In this document: positions 52,309 to 64,000 of the stretch, in pieces
Layout: each line of letters begins with the position of its first letter
Position numbering within the stretch: position 1 is the stretch's first letter
Translations under genes and position numbers: made by a program
The notes under the pieces: generated by a model
What the model was told of the DNA's origin: nothing
Seen by the model: only the letters and a program-made list of their open reading frames with translations
Databases searched by the model: none
Origin: Octopus sinensis
Taxonomy: Eukaryota
Assembly (NCBI RefSeq): GCF_006345805.1
Contig: NC_043002.1
Span: 38,564,001-38,628,000 of the forward strand
Reading direction: 5' to 3'
DNA length: 64,000 bases

Positions 52309-55300
52309 TTACAAATTCCATTGCTATAAGCATTGTAATGTAAATTTTGGATGCACAAAAACCAAACTTATTTTACTAATATCAGTTATTAAATATAAGA
52401 GAAATGATTGATCGTTATGAATGGTTAAAAGTCTAGATTTACAAAAATTGAAAAATCGCCATTATTGTATATTTTTCGATTTAAGGGATTACATCTCGTC
52501 TTTTAAGTTATCTAATTACTCTGAATTTCCTATTAATAAAATCACTTCTATTCAACTATTATTATTTTCTTTCTAGCTTCACTGCATTATCAGAAATTAA
52601 GTGCATTTTCCTTAATCATAACATATCACTTTTGAGAATTTATAAACCTTAATTTACGATTTATATTCACTTAATAACTAACAATATATAAAGTAGCATC
52701 CTACTGCAGCTGCGCCCAGTAGCTTATCTACAAACGCTCCTACAATTAAATGCAATGAAGATAATTCCTGATTACTTCAAGCTACACATCACATTGAATA
52801 TGTTAGCATCAGTAAACATCCTTCTTTGTTAATCAACTCTGTTACAGTTATTTTATGGACGAATCTAAGCTTAGCCGACACTTTGAACTGAATCGCATTC
52901 CCTTTCATTTCATGGTTTTTCTCTGTGAAAATATTAATTCCGTTCGTTCTTTGATATAAACAAAACAAGCGTTGCTTAATTGATTTTGTTGTGTTCGCCG
53001 ATGTGACTTGTAAACATTTGAAAGTGTTGACCAACGAATTCAAGGCGAAACAACAACGATTCTTACTATTCACACTTATGTCAATACGATATTTCTATTC
53101 GGTTGCCGGCTTCATTACTGCACGTTGTCGTTTTTTGTTTTTTTTTTTTATCTCTTCAGAGGGAAAGTCATGCAGCTTAATGTCTCAATTGAAATTAAGT
53201 GGAATGAAACAAACGGATATTTAAAGTTACTCACATGTAAGATTATAATTATATTGAATATAAATAATGCCTTTGCATGCAGCTTTGTAATAGCAGATAT
53301 TGGTTTTCCTATCATAGTTTTGTACCGAGCTATCGGGATTAACATGGGCAGATATCAAAGCACAAATAAAGTAAGTTGCTTTCGATTGCTACCGCGTAAT
53401 AGGATCAAATTTACGCACCATATTAATTCCTTTTCTCTTCTCTCTCTGCTTTGTTTTCCCCTTTTCTATCTTCAAGATCGGATGTACTTTATCGTTTTAG
53501 TTTGGTTTCTGTCAAAATCTAATATTTCTTCAAGTCTTTGTCAATATCCAAAAGTACACCAAAACCGTATCGATTAATTTCATGATGTTACTCTTTTTCA
53601 AATAAATACAAAACAAACCAAAAAAAAAAAATAGAATAATGAAACTAAATACAAAATGTAAAATACATTAAGCAATATTGCTTCTCTTTGTTCAATTCTG
53701 ACGCAGACAAAAGTTATAAATTGCAATCACTTTCCCATATCTATAAGGGCTTAAGCTTGAATCAGCTAAGCAACAAATCGATTTGCAGCTAGCACAAAAA
53801 TATACGCATAACTATTACCGATCTCGAACTTAACGGCACCAAGCTTTTGATTAATTGTTCAACAATATTGACAAGATGTGAACAGTGTCAATAATTTAGA
53901 GAGAAATATGTCTACAGCAAATGAATTGCGCTATTCTGTTAAGAAGGAAGAGAAAATGAAGACGTATGAAACGGGATAAGTATGCCTTTTGTGTGGTATG
54001 TTTGTGTATGTATTAATGCATATGAGTGGGCATTTGTAGTTCCACTGAGAAAACGTGATAGAAGAGCTTCATACATGTACAATTTTTCTTTAATGATTAC
54101 TGTTGCATGTAGACCTTGGCAAGAAGTGTGTTTGTACGCATATGTCGATAACTGTCTGCTTACTTACATATAACTTGAATTAAAGGTACTATTTGCGAAT
54201 ATGTTTGCGTGCGTGCGAGCGCTCGCGTGTGTGTGAAATTAAATATTCAGTCAAGAGTGGTGGTTCGGCTACTGCAATATTTAATCTGATTCTCTAAATA
54301 GTGAGGGCAATGTGGTCGAGGGCCAGCTTGGACATCTGTAGGTTGTCGTCTAAAGGAAATGTGAAGGTAAGGGAACGGTTTTCAAATCGTGTGAATTTGG
54401 AGAGTTTGATAAACGCTCTTTACTGCGCCAGTTGGTACGTGAATCCTTGTATGGACGAGTAGTAAATATATATTTTTATAGCCTGGCCTTAGAAAGACTT
54501 TTACGGTAGTTTACTAGTTAATTACAGCAGAAGCTAATACAGACACATCTGTGTTCGGAAATAGCTGTCATTATTGACGATGATGATAAATGAAGAAATA
54601 GTATAAAAAATATTTTTTAAACTACTAAAACGAATGTATCTATGCACTTGTATTTTTATAAATATCTGAGGTAATATATTTATATGTACACACTATTCCT
54701 GAATTAATTTATATAAAAGGTAAAAAAAAGTTTCAGCGATAGAAAACTTCGGTGTACGCAATGTTGGTGACAATAGCTGCAGAAGAATATATAATGCACA
54801 AATAGATCGGTTGGGCCAGAATAGACACACTTTACTCGATTATTGGTGTTTAGAGTTATTGCCTGTCATTGTGAGAATAAACATCACTGGAACTGAATGC
54901 TACAATTGTGTAAGAGTTGATGGTAGAGTAGTTTCAGAATGTCGCAGTCTAATTCATACCACAATGATGTTTTCCAGGATGTCCACCCTCTGTTGTAATG
55001 TCTTCGAACAGGCGTCCAAATAAATAAGTTATTCGCATTCTGTGACATTACAAAGCATGTTAGGATTATTTCGATATATTAATAACATTACATCACATTC
55101 GAAGATACATTTGTTGAGGAATTGCATGAAATAACTGTACCTATTGTCTTCATTATCGATGAAATCAATGATCTTGGAAGTGGATATTTCTCCTTCGAAT
55201 AGGAGGATTTCCTTATTTATGGAATGAAAATCAAAGTAAAGGATTGTACTTTTCGTTCTGTGAGAATTGAAGGAGATCCAAAAACTTCATTTAATTATTC

Positions 55301-55521
55301 CATGTTTACTAGATACAACGTTAGCCTCGGCTTCCTCACGATCCTCAAATGAGGAAAATGTATTCTATATTCACGATAGCACTTCTGACAACTTAATTTC
55401 AGGAAGGAAGTATTTGCGGAAAATAATCAAACAATCGTGATGATCCTGACAACACAATGCATGCTATTTCGTAAATGATCACGAAACGTGCACTTGACAG
55501 TATCATATACTTCGTTATATA

Positions 55522-56790
55522 CTGGATCAACCCAGAAATAATGCGGGTTTTTTTTTCAATTGCATGAACTAGAAGCCAGAGGGGGCGCGGGATAAACTAC
55601 CTGCATCAAATTGCTATAAAAGCAGGTAGTAATTTTACCTTGTACTTCTTAGTGCAAGTTTTGAAATGTGCAGCTCGATTTTAACGGTTATTTTTTCAAA
55701 GCTATAACGGAAGTGATAAAGGATCATATTCGGCATATTTTGCTTTATAAGTTCAATAAAGGCAACAACACAGCGGAAAGTGCTAGGAATATTAATGCAG
55801 TATATGAGTATCGGATAATAAAAGTAAGCCAGTATCAACGGTGGTTCCAGAAATTCCGAGCCGGAAACTACATTCTAGTAGACAAGCCTCGTCCTGGAAG
55901 ATCTAGTTCGACGAGCGTGTCCTGCAAACCCTGGACGAGCAAAATCCTATCGTAAATGTTGAGGAACTAGTAGAGGAGTTTGAATTTGGTCATTCAACCA
56001 TTCATCGACACCTGCGCGCTATCGGATAAATCACCAAATTGAGTCAATGAGTTCGTCACAAACTTTGCGCGCAGAGAGTGAATGTGTGCTCTTCTTTGCT
56101 GTCACGTCTCCCGAATGAACTTTTTTGGACCGAATAGTGACTGATGTCGAGAAATGGGTTCTCTATAAAAATTTCAAGCGCCTAAGACAGTAGGTAAGGA
56201 AAGGAGACAAACTGGCACCCCAGGCTAAATATCTTCACACACGTAAAGTATTGTTATCATTTGGTGGGATATGAAAGGCTTAGTCTACTTTGAACTTTTG
56301 AACCTAAACCCAACGATAAGAAAGGAGATCTGCGAGCGGTTTGAGCGACTTGCGTCAGCGTCAGAAGAAAAAGTAGCATCTTTGGTTTCAAGACGAAAGG
56401 TGTTCTTCTATCAGAATAATGCTCGACAACATACAGCGAGGATGACATTCCAATTGTTGGAGCAATTCGAATGGGAAATGATACCCCACCCACCATAGTC
56501 ACTGAAAGTTGCCCCATCTGGTTATCAATTATTCTGTCTTCTTCAAAATCATTTGGACTGTAAAAGTATGAATTCTGTAGACGACGTCAGAACAGTACAA
56601 AGAAAACAGTATTTTTCGTGACGAACAAGTGCATTTTGGAAGAGGTACCTTGCAAGTCTACAAGACTGATGAAAGAGCAATGTAGAAAATGAAGAAGAGT
56701 ACATTTTAGATTAAAAAACAACTTTGTTTATCTTAATTTTGAAAAATAAAAGGAGTATAAAAGAACCGCATTATTTATGGGATGACCCAG
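55522..56790 (+). mobile_element. Near full-length (about 1.27 kb) mariner with degenerate transposase
   Basis: TIRs CTGGATCAACCCAGAAATAATGCGG / CCGCATTATTTATGGGATGACCCAG. Motifs HIRHILLYKFNKG, RWFQKFRAG, PRPGR, RIVTDVEKW, GLVYFELL, FYQNNARQH and PHPP*S are interrupted by stops and frameshifts. Confidence 0.92.
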
Positions 56791-56929
56791 TCGCGCCAGA
56801 CTAACACTTGAAACCAGCCATTAATTAGTTTTGCAAGTTCGAAAATGACATTCTTACGAAATCTTTCTCAATAAAAATAGAATCCAGACTAGAAAGTTAA
56901 ATTAACTATAGCTGATTTTTTCTAGATTT

Positions 56930-57330
56930 GACAGTGAATGATAATACCACAATTCCGTTAAATGTTCGAGTGAAATATCTTTAGACAACCCAGGTATGAG
57001 CTGATAATGGGAAGTTCTGGTTTGGAGTTAACAAATTAATGATATCCATTTCCAATCGTTAAGTTGCTGCTGTCGATGATACTCTGCTACAGTCGATGTG
57101 GAATTTGACAGAATTGATCTGTAATTTTACAAATTCCATTAATCCGATCGCAAATTTGAGTTGTAGAACAAGTTCCAAATTTACAGGCATCATTTATCTA
57201 TGAAGTTTCACATCAGCCTTGATCAGAATATAATATCTGCATCTTTTTCCTTTCATATATGAAATTCATTTCCGCCGATAGTTTTCAGCCCCTGAAATAA
57301 ATTTAATCCACAAATTTCAAGTAAAATCAT
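56930..57330 (-). pseudogene. Degenerate Cys-rich (EGF-like) coding relic
   Basis: 57197-57087 reads INDACKFGTCSTTQICDRINGICKITDQFCQIPHRL* (C-x4-C-x5-C-x6-C-x6-C); flanking sequence continues as interrupted coding-like frames. Confidence 0.35.
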
Positions 57331-58199
57331 AAACAAAACATATATTTCAGAATCCCGCAAATTGCCAACCAATATTATTCTAATTGGCAATCCAAGCTTT
57401 CCTTTTAGACAAACGAATCTTCATTTAATAAGCACCAATCGATTTTGTTTTATAGGTGATTCATTTAAGAGAAGCTACAATGAATGCATTTGTTAAAGAT
57501 TTTCTATGAATTGGATATAAAACCATATGAAATAAAGAAAAACGCAAGATAACAGTTCTTTTGAAAATGGTTGTACAGTTAACTGTTGACAAAGACCGGT
57601 TCCTTTACGAACGCTTGCTGTTGTAAGTAATGTTAAACGCTTACAGCTGTATTTTAAATATTTTTTGTTCGTTAGCCAGCCTATAGGACTGACTCAAGTC
57701 TGTGGGAAGAAACAAAGTGAACCAGCATTAAAATATGTTGATGAATTAGATACCTTCATGAAAATAGAACGAGGCATCAGTAGATATTCTTGTGAGAGAA
57801 TATAACACCGGATTACCCCACTAAGAACTCAAACAAAAGCGTCTAGATATTACAGTATACTTTAAGCCCAGCAATAAAATGGAAAATCAGAAAATATAGA
57901 TGAAAATGTGCGTAAATAAAATATGAAGCAAAACGTTATAATTGAAGCAATCATGGAAAATAAATATATCGACTTGATTTTAGCCAACGCTAAATACTTT
58001 TTAATAGTAAATAGATTTGAAATCTGTTATTTTCTCGGATGACTGGAGCAATAGATTTAAAAGGTTATGGAATGAAATAAACAGGAGGTTTCTGTCAAAA
58101 ACAACCAACTGGTACAGAAACGGCTATATCAATTGATGAATTTGTAAAAAACATGATTTCATAAAATTCTGATGAAACTAGTCTTTACTAGGAACGTTT

Positions 58200-58625
58200 A
58201 TCTGTCGTCTTATCTTCTTCGCCCACATAATTCTGGGAGGGTCATAGGGACCGAGACCTCAAACATGCTTTCCATCGGAAACCGTCGGAAGCAACCATCG
58301 CCAAATGACTCGGTTGAAATCCATGCGAAACCAGCCGAGCTCATGGATGTTATTCAATCGGCTTGCTCGTGGTCTTCTCCAGCGTTTACTGCCGCTTGAT
58401 TTTTGCCCATAAAACCTGTTCAGCGATTCTTTCCCCGGACATTTTTCTCCCATGTCAGCATTCTCGGAGATGTGATCTCTCAATACGGAGAAGTACCTCT
58501 CTGATCTCCAAGTTGCAGACTCTATCTAATAACGTTAATCCAATTACACTTCGGAGGAACCCTATCTCAGCAGTTTGTATTCGCGATCGTATTTCTTTGC
58601 TCAATACCAAAATTCATGAACATAG
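58200..58625 (-). mobile_element. 3' fragment of an RTE-clade LINE ORF, degenerate
   Basis: RSRIQTAEIGFLRSVIGLTLLDRV..LEIRE..LLRIERSHLR, then SKRWRRPRASRLNNI, matching the RTE C-terminal AEMxFLRxxxGxTxxDR and RxRGRPRxRWxDxI motifs. Confidence 0.8.
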
Positions 58626-60984
58626 AAATGTTGACGAATAAAAGTATTCACATATTTAACATTACATAGGCTAATTTTGTCAAGTATTAGAACAATTACT
58701 TTTTCTTTCTCTCATATATAGACATCTGGTCCACACTGCCTATAGCATTTAAGAATTAGATAGTTCCATAGTACTACAGGTTTGAGCATTTGCCGGTTTT
58801 TTATAAGGTCCAGAATTGCAGCTTTGAATAAAGAACATCTTTCAAAATAATTTACTGATTTCGTGCAGCGGTTCGTCTCAATTTGCAAGACATTAAACAT
58901 TTACACACTATATAAACTTTATTCCTGGGTAACTTTTAATAGAAATTAGTTACAGATTGTGGAAATACCACCCTACATTACTTCTCTCATAAAACTAATT
59001 TTAAATGTCACTATAGAAATAATTTTATGAAATAATTAATTAATAGCGAAGATTCTACTCAGTTTGCAACACCAATTTATAATTAATGATGGGCTCTGTT
59101 TATCGGTAATTTCATGTACTTCTGTTAAACATGTCGCTGTTTCGGGAGAATGCCGAATATTTGGCACATTTACGTCTTTGACAGTTTAATTCATGATAAT
59201 GATAAAGGCCTTGATGGGTTTAGTGTTAGGCAGATCACAACACTTAATGCTGCCAGAACAAGCATCGACCATAGAAAATCCATAACATAGTCTCAGAGAT
59301 AACGATATTGACGAAGGGATTATAATTGACAACGATATTGAATTAACCCAACATTTTCCAATCAAGAGATTATTGACAATATATTTAATCCTGAAAATCG
59401 TGATGCACTAATTTTGTTCCGTTGGATATGGTGATGAAAATTAAGCAATTCTATGGGTGTTTTTGGTCTAAAGCTCAATTGTGTGATATGATCCTTTCTT
59501 ATTTTGAATAGAATCCAAGCTTGTCCATGAAACAACTTGCATTCTGCTGCATATGCTTAAAATAAAATGGCCAATGCAGAGCAGAATTCAGTGAAACAAA
59601 ACAACATTAGGAACTTCTTAAAGCCATTGAAGAATGTATAAATGCACTCGAACATTCATTAAGATAATTTGAAATGGTTAAGAATATGCTCGTTTTACTT
59701 TAATTCTTGCTGTGTAATTACTGTATAACAGACATGTACTTGTTATCTAGCGTGTGTAGTGGATGGTTATTATTTTTTCATTTTCACTTTTTAAAATTGT
59801 TCATTTTAAAAACATTTTTCTGTCCAATTTTTAACAGAAAATTGAGGAGTTAAGAAAGTAGTGTTCATTACATTTTATCTCAACTTATTTACCGTACACT
59901 TTCAGATAATAAATTTAAAACTGCCTTAACCCGTAATCTAATCTGCTGTGAGTGCAGCAAGTAATCAAGCAGGTATGTCAGGCAGTTGTAAACGTCGAAA
60001 GTGATTTAAGAAGGTCTTCTTAAAATTAGTTAAGACATAGTTCTAGTTAAGATATAGTACATTAAAAAGAAAAGCGTCTGTAGAAAGTTCAAGCAGAGGC
60101 ACTTAATAAATAATTTAGAAGATATTATATATGATATCGCACACGACGTTCTGAAAACTAGAATGGCACGATATGAGAATAACATTATTGGTACTAACAG
60201 TTGTCCTCTAAAACATGAGAACACGAAAGCTGTTCAATATTCACGAATGATAAAAATCACGTGGTAACAGGGCTATGATAATGTCTTTGATGATCCATGG
60301 AGGATTTGTGATATCTGATTCCAAGATTGATAAAGTATATTAGAGAAATGTTCGGTATGAGTGATAAAATGCTGATGATGAGTTTCGAAGCCGAGCTCAA
60401 CTGTCTGCTGCAAATCATGGCGAATTATGTGGTGTAAAACGAAAATAAATCTCATATTTCAGCTTTTGAAATAGCGGATGCTGTACCCGAACTGTACGAG
60501 AGGTAAGTGGCTAGGAATGTATAGTCGCCTTTGGAAATTTTACAGCTAGTATGTGATAATGTTTGCCCTCGCTTGACTGAACTGCATAAGGACTGGAAAC
60601 ACACTAGGAGTATTCCTGGATCTGTAAACCTAGGAATGGTGATGCTGTTGCGAAAGACGCAATCAAATGAGGGTTATAAAAAGAGTTAGGCATGTAAGTT
60701 TGTGGTGCACAGAGTTAAAGATTTTAGTCCAGTTATTCTCAGGAAAAAACTGGCGCTTGTTGCTGATAGCGTTGTGAGAACGCACACATTTGTACGCTCT
60801 CCGGCAGATCTATTCAGCACAATTTCCACTTTATGCAAAACACCAACGAAGGTCACAGTTTGATCAGCTTTTGATATAACGTTGCAAAATTTAGATCAAT
60901 CTCATGAGTTCAATGGCGTCGGTCGTTGACACTTTGGTGGTTGTGTCACGCGCAAGTAGTTTGGGACCGGTTTAGGAGCATGAG

Positions 60985-61194
60985 AAAATATTTGTTTCAA
61001 AAAGAGGATACGTTTTTGGTCGACTTTGCTTAACAGAATTTCACTTGCCTTCACGTTCTGTGTTCAAATTCCGCCGGGAATGATTTTGCCTTTCATGCTC
61101 TCCAGGTCGATAAAGTAAGTAGTTGTTAAACACTTACACTCTCAAGTTACACTCTCCCCGAGATTCCTAACCTTGTGCCAAAATTTGCCCCCAT

Positions 61195-61195
<1 letters not shown>
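60985..61195 (+). mobile_element. SINE family 2, degenerate
   Basis: GTGTTCAAATTCCGCCGGGAATGATTTTGCCTTTCATG...GTCGATAAAGTAAGTA. Confidence 0.65.
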
Positions 61196-61234
<39 letters not shown>

Positions 61235-61434
61235 GGTGATGGTGGTGGTAGTAGTAGTAGTACTAGTAGTGGTGGTGGTCGTCGTCGTCGTTTGTGGTCG
61301 TGGTGGTGGTCGTGGTAGTCGTGGTGGTGGTGGTGGTGGTGGTCGACGTCGTCGTCGTCGTAGTGGTGGTCGTGGTGGTGGTCGTGGTGGTCGTGGTGGT
61401 CGTGGTGGTCGTGGTGGTCGTGGTGGTCGAGGTG

Positions 61435-61482
<48 letters not shown>

Positions 61483-61512
61483 TAGTAGTAGTAGTAGTAT
61501 AGTAGTAGTGAT
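61195..61512. repeat. Compound (GTA)n/(GTG)n/(GTC)n trinucleotide tract
   Basis: Directly visible; source of the poly-V/H/R ORFs. Confidence 0.95.
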
Positions 61513-63279
61513 ATTGTTGCTGCTTTGTTTTAAATGCCGACTTAGTAAAATGACAGATGGCAACACTTTTATATTTTACTTTAAAGAATAAAATAACCTT
61601 TTGAACTGCAGTGGAAAAAATATAAAGTAGTTAAAGTGAGTTTGGTCAAAGTGTTCATTGAACACTGTTTGACGTTCACTGAAATATGGTCTTGCTACTT
61701 TGAAATACATATGTGTTTTATTCGTTCCTGTTTTATTAACTTTTAGGTATTTGGAGTTTGTTCTTTACTGTTGTTGTTGCTGCTGTCATTGTAATCGGCA
61801 CTGGTATTACCGGCAATCTCTTTGATTTTACAATAGATACTGTGGTATGTGTGATGCAGGGCTTGTTATGTAAAAAAAAATATACTTCCTGCATTCAAGC
61901 ACTTAAATATACTAAACTTTTAACGCGAATGCGCTAAGCAACATGGATATGTTTGTGCTTACATCTACGTGTCTGTGTGTTCACGTTTACATGTCTGTGT
62001 GTGCATGTGTGTATGCCTGTGTATATGTATGTGTGTGTATGCCTGTGTTTGGTTGTGTGCATGCTTGTGTGTTTGCATGTACGTTGCTTATAATCTCCAG
62101 ACTTTCACGAAACGGTTACATAATATATCTGTAAGAGTTGTCAATAACAAACCTTATTCTCTGTAATCTAGTAATGTACGTAGCAAAATGTGTTTATTTT
62201 CCTTCAGACAACGCCTCGTGTGCAGTAGTCCAAGCGTTCAAATCAAAGAATCTAAGTGTATTTTTCACATCTCAAGGTCTGCATCACACATACCACTCGT
62301 ATGGTATATGCCTGATGTTATTATGCATCTCACGTTACACAGTTGTCTGCGACAACTTGGAAAATCGAAGCTTCTCCCCTTCGACATGCTGAGCTTGTTC
62401 TTGATGATACCTGGGAGCTACTATGCAAACCCGGTCATCATGACAGCTACGAGTGCTTCATTCAATCGGCCACGGATGACACGCACTCTCTTACCAAAGT
62501 GCGACAAATGTTTCTTGACATTGATCCTGAACGCCCAGGAAAATGAAAGTCTTCAAGCGTTGTGGTTGATCGTTTGTGTTACGAGCACGGCATGCCTTTT
62601 GATTCCCTATGTCAAAGTAGAATCCGCGGTATTAACACTATCAATCCGCTCAAAGAGATATAAGTAGCATCATGCTTGGTTACCTTCCCTTTATAGTCCA
62701 TTAAAGGTACCAGTCTCACCCTGTATAGTTTGTTGCACCCGAATTCAGTGACAGTTGTTGATAGAGGTTTTTTAAACACGCCACAATAAGTTGCTAAAAA
62801 CTGCAAGAAAATCCATGTGGGATGTTTCAGACAAATGACACGAAAACACGATCTAAATTGATAATCCAACGAACCGACAACTTAGCCGGTAATTATTGTT
62901 AAGCTGTGTATAATACGTATCTAATTCATGGTTCAAGAATTCAAATATGTTATTGGCATTTCATTGTGTTCCCTGTATTGCTTCATATACTCTATATTCT
63001 TCTATATTGCTTAGCGGCAGGGAATAGAAACAATGTCAATAAGAAAATACTTAGACAATACAAACAGATTTACCTTAGGGGGCTTCGACAACCACATTAC
63101 CATCTGATCAGAACTTTAAGTACAAGCCTTGTCCACCTTATAGTTTGTATATCAAATATATACATATCACTCTGCCACTGCGCACATATATATATATATA
63201 TAATATATATATATATATATTATATATATATATATATTATATATATATATATATATTAATATATATATATATATATATA

Positions 63280-63338
63280 CAAGGCCGATTATCTGCTAAG
63301 TAGCAGAGTGTTATATATATATATTTGGCATAGAAACT

Positions 63339-63386
<48 letters not shown>

Positions 63387-63451
63387 ATATATAGTTTCTA
63401 TGTCAAATATATATACATAACACTCTGAAACTTAGCAGATAATCGGCCTTG
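63280..63451. mobile_element. MITE/foldback with roughly 65-bp TIRs, (TA)n centre and TA flanks
   Basis: TA|CAAGGCCGATTATCTGCTAAG...GGCATAGAAAC is mirrored by GTTTCTATGTC...CTTAGCAGATAATCGGCCTTG|TA. Confidence 0.8.
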
Positions 63452-64000
63452 TATGGTTTAGAGACACATGCTCTCTAAACCAAACATTAGATAATATTGA
63501 CCTGAAACAGATAATGTAGCCAAATTTGGAAGGTTATTGACTAAGGGTGATCTGCGGTTAAACGTTAATAACAGGAACCACAACTTCTGTGGATAGTTAA
63601 TGACGCATGTTCAACATAAACGCGTGAAATGCAAGAAGTACCAGCCAAATCACCTTCGAGTACATCAATACCATATTCACGTACACCAATCATATTAACC
63701 AATCTTGGTGAATAGCTTCTTTACTAAAAAAAATCTACAAAACATAACCGTTATACTCTATATTATCAGATTGAAAACAAGAAGTAACTCCATCAGTCAA
63801 AGCGAATAGAATTTGGCATTCTATTTACGATAAGAAGTGCACACTGTAAGATTTTAGTAAATATTTGATGATATGAGATTTTGTTGATACATATGTTTTA
63901 TACCTTAATATAGTCATAATCAGGATATAAATAGATTTGGTCCTTATGTAAACTGCAAAAACAAATTTCTCAGTAAGTTTCGTGTTTACATTACAAACCT

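Overview
AT-rich, microsatellite-dense eukaryotic intergenic or intronic DNA. The SINE and repeat families suggest an octopod cephalopod; this is an inference, not a database match. No intact host gene can be supported, and almost all entries in the ORF track are translations of (TA)n/(CA)n/(GATA)n/(GTR)n tracts. The window is a TE mosaic: three tRNA-derived SINE families (one with a CORE-like segment and an internal microsatellite), mariner relics and MITEs, a non-autonomous Helitron, RTE and Hero-like LINE relics, and many Penelope-like (PLE) pLTR fragments. Two things stand out. (1) Twelve type I hammerhead-ribozyme motifs of several sequence families are present. They include a U3-A8 compensatory core, a recurrent A6U core, and one hammerhead fused to a tRNA-derived SINE head. 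Most sit in outward-facing inverted repeats ending at (TA)n tracts. (2) A 2.1-kb retroposon (25689-27800, minus) has a 17-bp target-site duplication and encodes only an L1/Tx1-type ORF1 (RRM-like region plus CCHC knuckle) with no ORF2. It is inserted in a hairpin within a SINE tRNA-like head. Several degenerate Cys-rich coding relics are also visible.
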